In this document: positions 47,688 to 57,251 of the stretch, one piece after another
Position numbering within the stretch: position 1 is the stretch's first letter
Layout: each line of letters starts with the position of its first letter
Assembly: GCA_964576925.1 (NCBI GenBank)
Contig: CAZNWJ010000004.1
Coordinates: 55,218 to 119,217 of the forward strand
DNA from: an uncultured Ignavibacteria bacterium
GTDB taxonomy: Bacteria; Zixibacteria; MSB-5A5; CAIYYT01
DNA: 64,000 bases
Direction: 5' to 3'
The notes under the pieces: generated by a model
The model's database searches: none
What the model was told of the DNA's origin: nothing
Seen by the model: the letters and a program-made list of their open reading frames with translations, nothing else
Program-made: the position numbers and the translations under genes

Positions 47688-48092
47688 TTAGCGATTTTCT
47701 TTGCGAATTACGAGCTTGAGTCCCGACCAGTAATCGTCGACAGCGCAGACCTTGACATCGACCAATCCAAGCGGCAAAGCGACTTCGCGAACGACATCTT
47801 CGGTCAAATCGGTCGGCACCTTGGCGGTTTTCTTCGGCCAGGAGATCCAGATCATGCCGTCCTTGGTCAATTGCTTAAGAAACTGCGGCAGCAACGCCGC
47901 CAAGCGCGGGCGCTGGGTTGCAAAGCAATGGATAAAGTCGGCAGACTTGGCGCGCGCGTCGACGATGGTTACGTCGCTCGGCAATTTCCCGACCAGGCGC
48001 AGGTAATTATCGGGCTGGTTGACCAGGCGGATCGTGAGACCCGACTTGATGCCAAGTTTGTTAATCAGGGGGGTGTCGGAATAGCCGGCCAT
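47688..48092 (-). CDS. Hypothetical protein, DUF3052-like
   Basis: N-terminal MAGYSDTPLINKLGIK motif is typical of DUF3052. The ORF stays open upstream to 48152. Confidence 0.5.
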   Translation of the reverse strand: MAGYSDTPLINKLGIKSGLTIRLVNQPDNYLRLVGKLPSDVTIVDARAKSADFIHCFATQRPRLAALLPQFLKQLTKDGMIWISWPKKTAKVPTDLTEDVVREVALPLGLVDVKVCAVDDYWSGLKLVIRKENR

Positions 48093-48301
48093 GGTGTCGG
48101 TCGCCTCGAGTTTCATGATTCCTACCGGAGTCCCGATCCGTGAGCGGGACAATAACGATCCCTAAAGTATATAATTGACGCGCGATCCTCGCAACTACGG
48201 ATTATTAGGAATTATCGGTAGCGGGGGCGACAAGTTTAAGGTCGACCATACCGCCCGCGGGGCGGTCATCAGTCTCGTCTTATTGACTATGAGATTCCGG
48301 A

Positions 48302-48814
48302 TCAGAACGGCGAGAAACCGGCGCCAGACCAGTACTCTCCCTTTAGCTCTTCCTGCTGACGCAACAGCGCATTGTAATGGCCCGCTTCCCACTCTGCCAG
48401 CTCCCCGAAGAATTTGCGCGCTTCAGGTTCGATAGCCGTCTGCGCCTGTTCTTGATAGAACTTGATGGCATCGCGTTCCAGTTGAATGCCGATCGCCAGC
48501 GCGCTCATCTCGAAGTGAGCGTCGCGGATGCGTTGTTTGATGCTGGCTGTGAAGATGGGAGAATCGCCGGCGAAAGCCACACTGTGCCCGAGGCGGGCGG
48601 TGGGATTGAGTTTACCGGTCTGCAAGAGGGAATCATAGTGGCTCTTGAGAAACCCGAGATGCTCGAGTTCTTCGTGAGCGAGTTGCTCGAATGCGGCCTT
48701 GCCCTTGGGGTCCTGCGTCGTATTGGCGGCCATCATATAGAAACTGTGCCCTTCACGCTCGGCCATGGCAGCCTTGAGCAGAGCGTCGCTGAGCGGGGAT
48801 TGATTCGATACCAT
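48302..48814 (-). CDS. Rubrerythrin-like ferritin-fold diiron protein (no rubredoxin domain)
   Basis: Two E-x-x-H diiron motifs (EELEHLGF and EWEAGHY) in a four-helix-bundle arrangement. Confidence 0.8.
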   Translation of the reverse strand: MVSNQSPLSDALLKAAMAEREGHSFYMMAANTTQDPKGKAAFEQLAHEELEHLGFLKSHYDSLLQTGKLNPTARLGHSVAFAGDSPIFTASIKQRIRDAHFEMSALAIGIQLERDAIKFYQEQAQTAIEPEARKFFGELAEWEAGHYNALLRQQEELKGEYWSGAGFSPF

Positions 48815-49063
48815 GTCGGCTCCTGAACAATTGACTACAAGTCCAAGTTATCGATCCCGGCGCGCGAATCAAGCCGAATCGCGCGGGCTAAAACAGCCAT
48901 TTACGAATCAAACCTTGCCGTTCGCGTAATCCGATTGACCATTGGAAAGCTGCAACCGTCTCCCAGCCTGAGTACAACGAATTCTGCGACCGATGGAGGG
49001 TTTGTCAGCACAGCCTTCGCCCGGTCTTCATTCCAGCCGCTATCCCTTTTTAAGGAGAGGAGC

Positions 49064-51103
49064 ATGCGCCACCTTAGTCAAAAGCGATTTGCCTCGAACG
49101 CCGTCATGATTGCCGCCTTCTGCCTGGTCTGGGCAGCGCCAGCCGACGCTCAGACAGCATTCACGAGAATCACCGATGTCGGCAACCCGGTTGTTTCCGA
49201 CGTTACCAACCAAACCTACACTGGGTGTGCGTTCGTCGATTACAACAATGACGGGAATCTCGATCTGGTTGTTGTCGATCCGAACCAAACCAAGCTCTAC
49301 AAAGGAGATGGCACGGGAGGATTCACCCGTATTACCAGCACCCCCATCACGACCGGGACGTTCTTCGCGCTGGGGACTACCTGGGCGGATTACGACAATG
49401 ATGGTGACCTTGACTGCCTTCTGGCGGGCACCGGCGGAAGCGCCCTCTATAAGAACAACGGCGATGAGACGTTCACCCAGGTCTCGGCGAGCCTGATGGG
49501 GACTACCGACCTACGCGGCTGGAGCCCGGCCTGGGGCGACTATGACAGCGACGGCTATGTCGACCTGGTGATCACGTTTCCCACAGGATTCGTCGGCAAC
49601 CCACAACGGCCGAACCGGATGCTCCGTAACCAGGGCCCGCCCGATTACGCCTTCGAAGTGATCGACACCGGCGTTATCGTTACCGGGCTCAAGCCGTACA
49701 CCTCCGGCAACTGGGCCGATTACGATCTCGATGGCGACCTCGACTTCTTCATCGGCAGCGGCCCGGCCTCGTCGGTTTCTGGACTGGATGATCTTTACAA
49801 GAATCTGCTGGTCGAAACCGGAGTCCCTGGATTCGAACGAATCTTGCAGGCGCCGATCGCGAACGACCCGGGCGATGGTCAGGTGTGGAACTGGATTGAT
49901 ATCGACAACGACATGGACTTGGACGCCTACCGCACCAACTGGGGCGGCGTGGCCATCGGCTTGCGCAGTAATGATCTCTATGTCAACAACGGCGGAACTT
50001 ACACCGAAGTGGGCGGCGAGGAGATCGTTGACGATCAGACGGTGTCGCTGTCGCAAATCTGGCAAGATTTCGATAACGACGGCGATTTGGATTGCTATAC
50101 GGTTAACATCGGCATGAACAAGTACTACCGCAATGCGGGCGGGACGTTCTTTGGTGATTTCATGGGAGACCATGTCACGACCAGCCAGCAGGGATCGGGC
50201 GGCACCGCCGGCGATATTGACAACGACGGTGACATGGACATCTTCGCGGTGGCTTCCGGAGCGAACAAGCGTCTTCTCCTGCGCAATGACTACGCGGGTG
50301 CAAATGGCTGGCTCAAGCTCAAACTGGTGGGTCAGAAATCCAACTGGGCGGCAATCGGGGCGCGGGTCTGGATCAAGGCCACCATCGACGGCGACTCGGT
50401 CTGGCAGACGCGCGACATCTCGGCACAAAACACCTTCCTGGGGCACAATTCTTTTGAGGTACACTTCGGCCTGAAGAACGCATCGGTGGTCGAAGCTCTG
50501 CGGATTGAGTGGCCGTCGGGCATTGTCTTCGATACTACGATGGTAGGAATCAACCAAACGCTGACGTTCATCGAGAGTTGTGAGGACGGCGATGGCGACG
50601 GCGTAGGGTGTCTGGACAATTGCCCGTCGGTCGCCAACGCTTCGCAAGCGGATACGGATGGCGATTTCATCGGCGATGCTTGTGACAATTGCCTGAGCGT
50701 CTCAAACCATGAACAGGCCAATTCCGATGCCGACAGCCTCGGTGATGCCTGCGACAATTGTCCGGCAGACGCCAATAACGACCAACTGGATTCCGATAGC
50801 GATGGTGTTGGCGACGCTTGTGACAATTGCATCGATGTGGCCAACCCGGGTCAGGAAGATGGCAACAGCAACGGCGTTGGCGATGCCTGCGACTACATCT
50901 GCGGCGACACCGATGGCAACAGTATCATCACAATCTCGGATGCCGTCTACCTGATTACCTACATCTTTGGTGGCGGTCCGGCGCCCGACCCGGTGATTGC
51001 CGGGGATGCGGATTGCAATGGGATCGTGACGATCTCCGACGCCGTGTTCCTGATAACCTTCATATTCGGCGGCGGCCCGGCGCCTTGCACCAGTTGCCCG
51101 TAA
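49064..51103 (+). CDS. Secreted CRTAC1-like protein: FG-GAP/VCBS beta-propeller repeats, an UnbV/ASPIC domain, thrombospondin type-3 repeats and a dockerin-like C-terminal module
   Basis: AAGGAGAGGAGC RBS and a signal peptide. Repeats of the type W(A/G)DYDNDGDLD. The UnbV-like block ANGWLKLKLVGQKSNWAAIGARVW. TSP3 repeats CDNC...D.D.DG.GDACD. C-terminus [29 protein letters not shown]...[29 protein letters not shown]. Confidence 0.75.
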   Translation: MRHLSQKRFASNAVMIAAFCLVWAAPADAQTAFTRITDVGNPVVSDVTNQTYTGCAFVDYNNDGNLDLVVVDPNQTKLYKGDGTGGFTRITSTPITTGTFFALGTTWADYDNDGDLDCLLAGTGGSALYKNNGDETFTQVSASLMGTTDLRGWSPAWGDYDSDGYVDLVITFPTGFVGNPQRPNRMLRNQGPPDYAFEVIDTGVIVTGLKPYTSGNWADYDLDGDLDFFIGSGPASSVSGLDDLYKNLLVETGVPGFERILQAPIANDPGDGQVWNWIDIDNDMDLDAYRTNWGGVAIGLRSNDLYVNNGGTYTEVGGEEIVDDQTVSLSQIWQDFDNDGDLDCYTVNIGMNKYYRNAGGTFFGDFMGDHVTTSQQGSGGTAGDIDNDGDMDIFAVASGANKRLLLRNDYAGANGWLKLKLVGQKSNWAAIGARVWIKATIDGDSVWQTRDISAQNTFLGHNSFEVHFGLKNASVVEALRIEWPSGIVFDTTMVGINQTLTFIESCEDGDGDGVGCLDNCPSVANASQADTDGDFIGDACDNCLSVSNHEQANSDADSLGDACDNCPADANNDQLDSDSDGVGDACDNCIDVANPGQEDGNSNGVGDACDYICGDTDGNSIITISDAVYLITYIFGGGPAPDPVIAGDADCNGIVTISDAVFLITFIFGGGPAPCTSCP

Positions 51104-51240
51104 GATGACGAGCGGTCTCCTCACCAGACCGTTCAGCACGCAATACCGGTGGCGTAGGACCGCCACCGGTGTTTGTGCCCGCAGTACGTCAACCGTGATT
51201 TTTGTTAGACAATCGCCGGTGTTTTCCCGTTTAAGTTGAT

Positions 51241-52434
51241 ATGGACAATTCTCCGTCAACCATAGATACCAGCGAAAGGCGCAGCGCCGCCCTGGAACTC
51301 TACCGGCGCTTGCTGCCGTCGCCAATCCTGCGGTGGTTGGCAGCGATTGGCCTCTGGCTCGTGGTCGCGCTGGGTTCGGCGACGCATTGGTGGTTTTTCC
51401 CGCAGGGAAGTTACCCCTACACGTGGTGGGAATTGGTCGCTGCCAAGAGCGGCGTCTGGTTGCTCTGGGGCGCGCTCGTTCCGCTCATGTTTGCGGTGGC
51501 AGCGCGTTTTCGTCTTGAAGTCGGCTTTCGCTTGCGCAGCGCCGCCGTGCTGACTGCCTTCGGCATCGTCTTGACTCTTGCCTATATTCTTGGCTACACG
51601 TTTGTGGTGCTGTCCGTCATCAGCGAACCCACGAGTTACGGAATTCGCCAGCTTTGGGACTTCATGATCACGATGCACTCGACGTGGTATTTTCTGGCGT
51701 TTTGGGTGGTGGTCGGATTTGAGCACACGGTATCGTACCACCGTCGTCTTGCCGAGCGCGAGCGGCAAGCCGAACAATTGCGGACGCAGTTGGTCGAGGC
51801 GGAACTGGAGCGCCTCAAGGGACGGTTGCAGCCTCATTTCTTGTTTAATACTCTGAATACGATTTCTTCGCTCGTCTTGAGCGACCGCAAATCGCTGGCT
51901 TACGACACGCTTGCCGACCTTGCGCACCTGCTGCGGCTGAGTCTCGACCGCAGCGACGAGCAGTTTGTCACTCTCGCGGCAGAGATGGAGTTTGCGCGAT
52001 TGTATCTCAACTTGATGACGCGGCGCTTCCCCGATGCGCTGGATATCAAATACGAGGTGGACGATTCCTGCCTCGACGCGGCAGTACCGAGCCTGATCCT
52101 GCAGCCGCTGGTGGAAAACGCCGTGAAATACGGCACCAGCGACGGTGCCGGTTGGGTGCGGATCAAGGCCTCCCGCAGCGACGACTGGTTGCATCTGGAG
52201 GTCGTCAATCCCATCGGCCGCAGCGAACCGATGGAATCGGAGAACGGGGGACGCGGGCTGCTCTACCTGCGAGAACGCCTTGAATGTCTCTATGACGGCG
52301 CGGAAGGGCTCTTAAAGGTCGAGGAGACTAACGGTGAGTTCGCCGTGCAACTGATACTGCCATGGTCAAGACTGGAAAGGGATTCGGCGAGTGAAGTCAA
52401 GCTCGGTCAATACAATCCGCGCTCTGGTCGTTGA
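51241..52434 (+). CDS. LytS-family sensor histidine kinase (membrane-bound; internal His_kinase domain plus HATPase_c)
   Basis: Multi-TM N-terminal sensor. PF06580-type block LQPHFLFNTLNTISSLV. C-terminal ATPase. Confidence 0.85.
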   Translation: MDNSPSTIDTSERRSAALELYRRLLPSPILRWLAAIGLWLVVALGSATHWWFFPQGSYPYTWWELVAAKSGVWLLWGALVPLMFAVAARFRLEVGFRLRSAAVLTAFGIVLTLAYILGYTFVVLSVISEPTSYGIRQLWDFMITMHSTWYFLAFWVVVGFEHTVSYHRRLAERERQAEQLRTQLVEAELERLKGRLQPHFLFNTLNTISSLVLSDRKSLAYDTLADLAHLLRLSLDRSDEQFVTLAAEMEFARLYLNLMTRRFPDALDIKYEVDDSCLDAAVPSLILQPLVENAVKYGTSDGAGWVRIKASRSDDWLHLEVVNPIGRSEPMESENGGRGLLYLRERLECLYDGAEGLLKVEETNGEFAVQLILPWSRLERDSASEVKLGQYNPRSGR

Positions 52435-53227
52435 CGACGAAAAACCGGCGCGGGAACTGCTCGTGCAGCTCCTGGCGGGAGAAGCGGATTTCGAGATCGT
52501 CGGGGAGTGCGCCAGCGGCCGCGAGGCGATTGCCGCAGTCAACAAACTGCATCCCGACATAATGTTTCTCGACATTCGCATACCCGGGCACGATGGCTTT
52601 GGCGTTCTCGAGCGGCTGGGCAAAGCCGCGCCGGCCGTGGTGTTCGTGACTGCATATGATGAATATGCGGTCAAGGCGTTCGAGTATCATGCCTTCGACT
52701 ACCTGTTGAAACCGTTCCGGCGTGAACGACTGGCGCAGACGCTCTCGCGCTTGCGGCAGGAATTGCAGCGGCCGCCAGGACAGCGGCAGGCGCCTCGTAT
52801 CCGGGAATTACTGCAATACTGGGATCACACGTCTCAGACTGCGCCGCCAACGCCCAACAATCCCGGATTTCTTCAGCGAGTCTTTGTCAAATCGGCGCGG
52901 CACTCGCTCTCGATTGAAGTCTCCCACATCGATTGGATTCATTCCGTCGATCACTTCGTACAGATCTACGCGCGGGGGAAAAGCTACATGCTCTATTCCT
53001 CGATTGGCGCACTCGAGGATTCACTTGATCCTGCCTCGTTTCTTCGCATCCATAGAACGACGATTGTCAACCTCAGGTCAATCAAGGAATTCCGCCTGGC
53101 GGCCCTCGGCAAGTGCTACGTGATTCTCAAGGACGACTCCGAACAAGCCGTGAGCCGCAATCGGCGCGGGGCGTTGCGCGATCGGCTGCGCCAGCTGGTG
53201 CAAAAGCCCGCGACCGTCACGAAATAG
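52391..53227 (+). CDS. LytTR-family response regulator (receiver plus LytTR DNA-binding domain)
   Basis: Receiver domain ALVVDDEKPARELL...D. LytTR domain RVFVKSARHSLSIEVSHIDWIHSVDHFVQIYARGKSY. GTG start overlapping the kinase gene. Confidence 0.85.
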   Translation: MKSSSVNTIRALVVDDEKPARELLVQLLAGEADFEIVGECASGREAIAAVNKLHPDIMFLDIRIPGHDGFGVLERLGKAAPAVVFVTAYDEYAVKAFEYHAFDYLLKPFRRERLAQTLSRLRQELQRPPGQRQAPRIRELLQYWDHTSQTAPPTPNNPGFLQRVFVKSARHSLSIEVSHIDWIHSVDHFVQIYARGKSYMLYSSIGALEDSLDPASFLRIHRTTIVNLRSIKEFRLAALGKCYVILKDDSEQAVSRNRRGALRDRLRQLVQKPATVTK

Positions 53228-53390
53228 CCGGTCGCAGCGCGCCAAAGCAGGCGCGGAAATCCCGAAATTAGACCTTCCGTATTACGTTGCCTCGCGGCTA
53301 CGTCTGCAGATATATTACCTCCCGAAAGAATGCTAACCGGCGCCGGGCTGTCGGTCGCGACATTGACCCGGAAATAGTCGAGGTCCCAAA

Positions 53391-54344
53391 ATGAAATCAC
53401 ATCTTCGCACGATGCTCGCCGTGGTTCTGGCGACGCTCACTCTGTCATTGTCGGGTTGCGGAAAAGGCAAGAATGACGCAGCACAACAGGAAGGTCAACC
53501 TCTTGCCGCCAAGATCAAAATCGGCGTCAGCCTCTTGACTCGCACACACCCGTTCTACCAGGATTTGGAAGCGGGAATGCTGGAAGCGGCCAATGCCAAT
53601 GGCTACGAATTGCTGGTTACAGCAGGCGAATTTGACGTTGCCCGGCAGAAGGATCAATTGCAGGACTTCATCGTGCAGAAGGTGAATGCGATTGTCGTCA
53701 GTCCCTGCGACTCGCGCTCGATTGGCACGGCGATTCAAGCAGCCAATGACGCCGGCATCCCGGTCTTCACCGCCGATATCGCCTGCCTGGCGGAGAATGC
53801 CAGGGTCGTTACGCACGTGGCCTCTGACAACGTCGCCGGTGGTCGCCTGGCTGCCCAGGCACTGGCCAAGGCGCTGGGCGGGCAGGGCAAGGTGGCGATC
53901 ATAGACCATCCGGAAGTGGAATCGGTCATCCAGCGCGTCAGCGGTTTCGAGGCTGAGATCGCTGCGACACCGGGGATCCAGATCGCGGCGAAACTCACCG
54001 GCCGCGGCGTCAAGGATCAAGCGATGCGTACCGCGGAAGACGTTCTCCAGTCTCATCCTGATCTCGCCGCCTTCTTCGGCATCAATGATGATTCCGCGTT
54101 GGGAGCGCTTGCGGCAGTCGAGAAGGCCGGGAAACAGGGCAAGGTGGTGATCGTTGGATTCGATGCCGTGCCCGAGGCGCGTGAGGCGATCAAGGCGGGA
54201 AAGATCTTCGCGGACGTCATCCAGCAGCCGCGCGAGATCGGCATGCAGACTATCGAAGCGATCAAGATTTATATGGCAGGCGGTCAGGTTCAACCGACGA
54301 TCCTGATCCCGTGCGGTTTGTTCACGCAGGCGGATGCTCAGTAA
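53391..54344 (+). CDS. Sugar ABC transporter periplasmic substrate-binding lipoprotein (CUT2 / RbsB-like)
   Basis: Lipobox LSLSGCG. Type-I periplasmic binding fold (IGVSLLTRTHPFYQDLEAG...). Confidence 0.85.
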   Translation: MKSHLRTMLAVVLATLTLSLSGCGKGKNDAAQQEGQPLAAKIKIGVSLLTRTHPFYQDLEAGMLEAANANGYELLVTAGEFDVARQKDQLQDFIVQKVNAIVVSPCDSRSIGTAIQAANDAGIPVFTADIACLAENARVVTHVASDNVAGGRLAAQALAKALGGQGKVAIIDHPEVESVIQRVSGFEAEIAATPGIQIAAKLTGRGVKDQAMRTAEDVLQSHPDLAAFFGINDDSALGALAAVEKAGKQGKVVIVGFDAVPEAREAIKAGKIFADVIQQPREIGMQTIEAIKIYMAGGQVQPTILIPCGLFTQADAQ

Positions 54345-55848
54345 TTCTGCCGACGTAGGCGATCCTGGTACGCTGGAGATCCTGTTAAGCGCCGCCGGAA
54401 TCCAGAAGGCTTTCCCCGGCGTTCAAGCGATCGGTAGCGGCGAGTTGGAACTCCGCCGCGGCGAGATTCATGCGCTGGTCGGTGAAAATGGGGCAGGCAA
54501 GAGCACGCTGATCAAGGTGCTGACGGGAGTCCACCAGCCCGATGCCGGAACAGTTTCATTGTCGGGCCAGAAAAAACGTTTCAATTCGCCTGTCGATGCC
54601 CATCGCAACGGTATAACTGCGATCTATCAGGAGCTTTCGCTGGTGCCGAACATTTCGGTATCCGCCAACCTGTTCCTGGGTCGCGAACCCACGCGCGGTG
54701 GGCTGTTGCGAAGTGAACAGGAAATCAGGGCCGCTACCGAGGTCCTGGCTCGACTTGGCTTGACACTTGATGTGCGCCGCCCGGTCGGCGAATTGTCGAT
54801 CTCCGAACAACAACTTGTCGAAATCGCCCGCGCATTGATTACCGATGCCAGAATCATCATCATGGACGAACCAACAGCGGCATTAACGCCCCGTGAAGTC
54901 ACAAGGCTCTTCGCTATATTGCGCGGGTTAACCCGGGGTGGTATCGGCATCATCTTCGTCAGTCATCGGCTGGAAGAAGTGCTCGCGATCTCCGACCGCG
55001 TGACGGTCATGCGGTACGGATTCACGGTCGCCACCCGGCCTACAGCGGAGCTGTCCCAGAGGGCACTGATCGAGCTCATGGTCGGTCGTGTGCTGGAAGA
55101 CGAGTTTCCGCCGAGCAATTCGCAACCAGGCGCCACACGTCTTTCTGTCCGCGGACTTTCCGGCGATCGGGTGCATGATGTCTCGTTTGACGTGCACTCC
55201 GGCGAGATTCTCGGTATCGCCGGGCTGATGGGCGCCGGGCGCACCGAGCTGGCACGGCTGATCTTTGGCGCCGACCGGCGCAGTAGTGGCAAGTTTCAAC
55301 TTGATGGTCGAGCGATAGTCCCGTTCACGCCGCGCGAAGCGATCAGAGCCGGTATCGGCCTGTTGAACGAAGACCGCAAACGGCAGGGACTGGTGCTGTG
55401 CGCACCTGCCGTCGACAGTTTCGCGCTGACGAGTTATCCCAAATGGTCGCGTTTTGGATTGCTAAACCTGAAACGCCTGGGAGAGTCGTTTCAGCGGCAT
55501 GTGAAATCACTGGCGATCAAGATCGCGCATCCGCTTCAGCGCACGGAATTCCTTTCCGGCGGTAATCAACAAAAGCTCCTGGTGGCGCGGTGGCTGGAGA
55601 CCGATTCGCAGGTGCTCATCTTTGATGAGCCGACGCGCGGCATCGATGTCGGCGCGAAGTACGAGATGTATGTGATTATCCGCCGGCTTGCGGCAGCGGG
55701 CAAGGCGATCATCCTTATTTCATCTGATCTTCCGGAGATTCTCGGAATGTGCGACCGTGTGTTGGTCATGAAAGCCGGGCGGATCGCCGGCGAGGTCAGC
55801 GACATGAAATCGGCCACCCAGGAAATGATCATGGCATTGGCGGTATGA
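54334..55848 (+). CDS. Sugar ABC transporter ATP-binding protein with duplicated ABC domains (CUT2 family)
   Basis: Walker A GENGAGKST. Two LSGG-type signature regions and two Walker B regions. About 500 aa, typical of RbsA/MglA-like ATPases. Confidence 0.9.
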   Translation: MLSNSADVGDPGTLEILLSAAGIQKAFPGVQAIGSGELELRRGEIHALVGENGAGKSTLIKVLTGVHQPDAGTVSLSGQKKRFNSPVDAHRNGITAIYQELSLVPNISVSANLFLGREPTRGGLLRSEQEIRAATEVLARLGLTLDVRRPVGELSISEQQLVEIARALITDARIIIMDEPTAALTPREVTRLFAILRGLTRGGIGIIFVSHRLEEVLAISDRVTVMRYGFTVATRPTAELSQRALIELMVGRVLEDEFPPSNSQPGATRLSVRGLSGDRVHDVSFDVHSGEILGIAGLMGAGRTELARLIFGADRRSSGKFQLDGRAIVPFTPREAIRAGIGLLNEDRKRQGLVLCAPAVDSFALTSYPKWSRFGLLNLKRLGESFQRHVKSLAIKIAHPLQRTEFLSGGNQQKLLVARWLETDSQVLIFDEPTRGIDVGAKYEMYVIIRRLAAAGKAIILISSDLPEILGMCDRVLVMKAGRIAGEVSDMKSATQEMIMALAV

Positions 55849-57236
55849 CTCAACGCGGCGAAGAGAACGCGCTCAAGCGCCTGCTCCGCGACTACGGCAT
55901 GCTTCCCGTCCTGCTGCTGCTCTGCATCCTCTTCTCGATCCTCACGATCAGGGACCAGACAGTCAGCGGCGAAGCCGGCGCGGCGCAGATCATCGAGAGA
56001 CTCAGTGGCGAACCGGCGGATCAGCGCGGTTTGCTCGTGGTTACATCCGAAGGCAAAGCCGAGATCGATTTCGCTGAGTCGTTTAAGCGACTGGCGGAAT
56101 CACAAGGCTGGGTCGTGCACAGCGTCACGGGCGACCCGGCGGCAGTCCGCGGTGCCTTCGCCACAATTGACTCGACCGCTTCTCGCGAGTGGATAGTCGT
56201 TACCAGTTCAAACTATCGGCCATTGGTGTCGCAGATCGCGGCACAATTTCCATCGCTCAAAGACAGCCGAATCGAAAGTCCGACCGGCAGACGCTGGCCG
56301 ACGTTTCTCCTGGCCGAAAATCTCCGCAACGTCGCCAACCAGATCACGGTAATTGCCATCATCGCCATCGGCATGACGATGGTGATTATCACGGCAGGAA
56401 TCGATCTCTCGGTCGGCAGCTTGATAGCGTTGTCGGCGGTCGTCATTGCCTGGGTAATCGAACCGCTGGGCGGTGCAGGGGCCTCTGCCGGTGGCGTGCT
56501 GCTGGGCGGGATGGCAGCCGTCCTGGCCTGCGCCGTCATTGGGGCATTCAGCGGTGTGATGATCACCTCATTTCGCATTCCTCCGTTTATCGCGACGCTG
56601 GCAATGATGCAGGTTGCGGCCGGCCTCGCCTACATTGTCTCGCAGGGCAAACCGATTTACCAACTACCGGATGGATTTGTCTGGCTCGGACGCGGCGTCG
56701 ATCCGCTGCTGGGGATTCCGGTGGCTGTTGTCCTGATGTTTGTCATGTATTTCCTCGCCTGGGTCGTGATGGAGCGGTCGGTGCTGGGGCGGCACATTTA
56801 CGCTGTAGGCGGTAACCCCGAAGCAGCCCGATTGGCCGGGATCAGGGTGAATCGTATCCTATTATTTGTCTACACGCTGTGCGGATTGCTGGCGGGACTC
56901 GGCGGCATCATCATGGCGTCGCAATTGAAAAGCGGTGCGCCGACTTACGGTCTGACCTACGAGCTGTACGTCATTGCTGCTGTGGTGGTCGGTGGTACCA
57001 GCCTGAGCGGTGGCGAGGGAAGGATTTTCGGCACGTTGATCGGCGCGTTCATCATTGGCGTCATTCAGAATGGAATGAACTTGACGAATATCGAAAGCTA
57101 CACACAAAAGGTGGTGTTGGGACTGGTCATTTTGGCTGCGGTCTTGTTCGATCGCCTTAAGCAGCGCGGATTCAAAAAGCGCGCAGCTCTGACGAAGAGC
57201 GGACCACCTGAGGAGAAGATTGCTGATTTGGGATAG
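55847..57236 (+). CDS. Sugar ABC transporter permease (BPD_transp_2) with a ~150-aa N-terminal periplasmic extension
   Basis: ATGA start/stop overlap with the ATPase gene. The C-terminal ~320 aa form a typical RbsC-like 8-10 TM permease core. The N-terminal TM helix plus a ~150-aa soluble segment is extra. Confidence 0.85.
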
Positions 57237-57251
57237 TGGGAAGGAGATTTA

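Noticed and set aside
49511-50647. 378-aa ORF on the minus strand
   Set aside because: It is antisense to the CRTAC1-like gene, whose FG-GAP repeats are clear on the + strand.
53228-53390. LytTR operator upstream of the ABC binding-protein gene
   Set aside because: Only a weak imperfect direct repeat (CCCGAAAT / CCGGAAATAG) with ~100-bp spacing. It is not convincing enough to annotate as a feature, so I only mention it in the locus finding.
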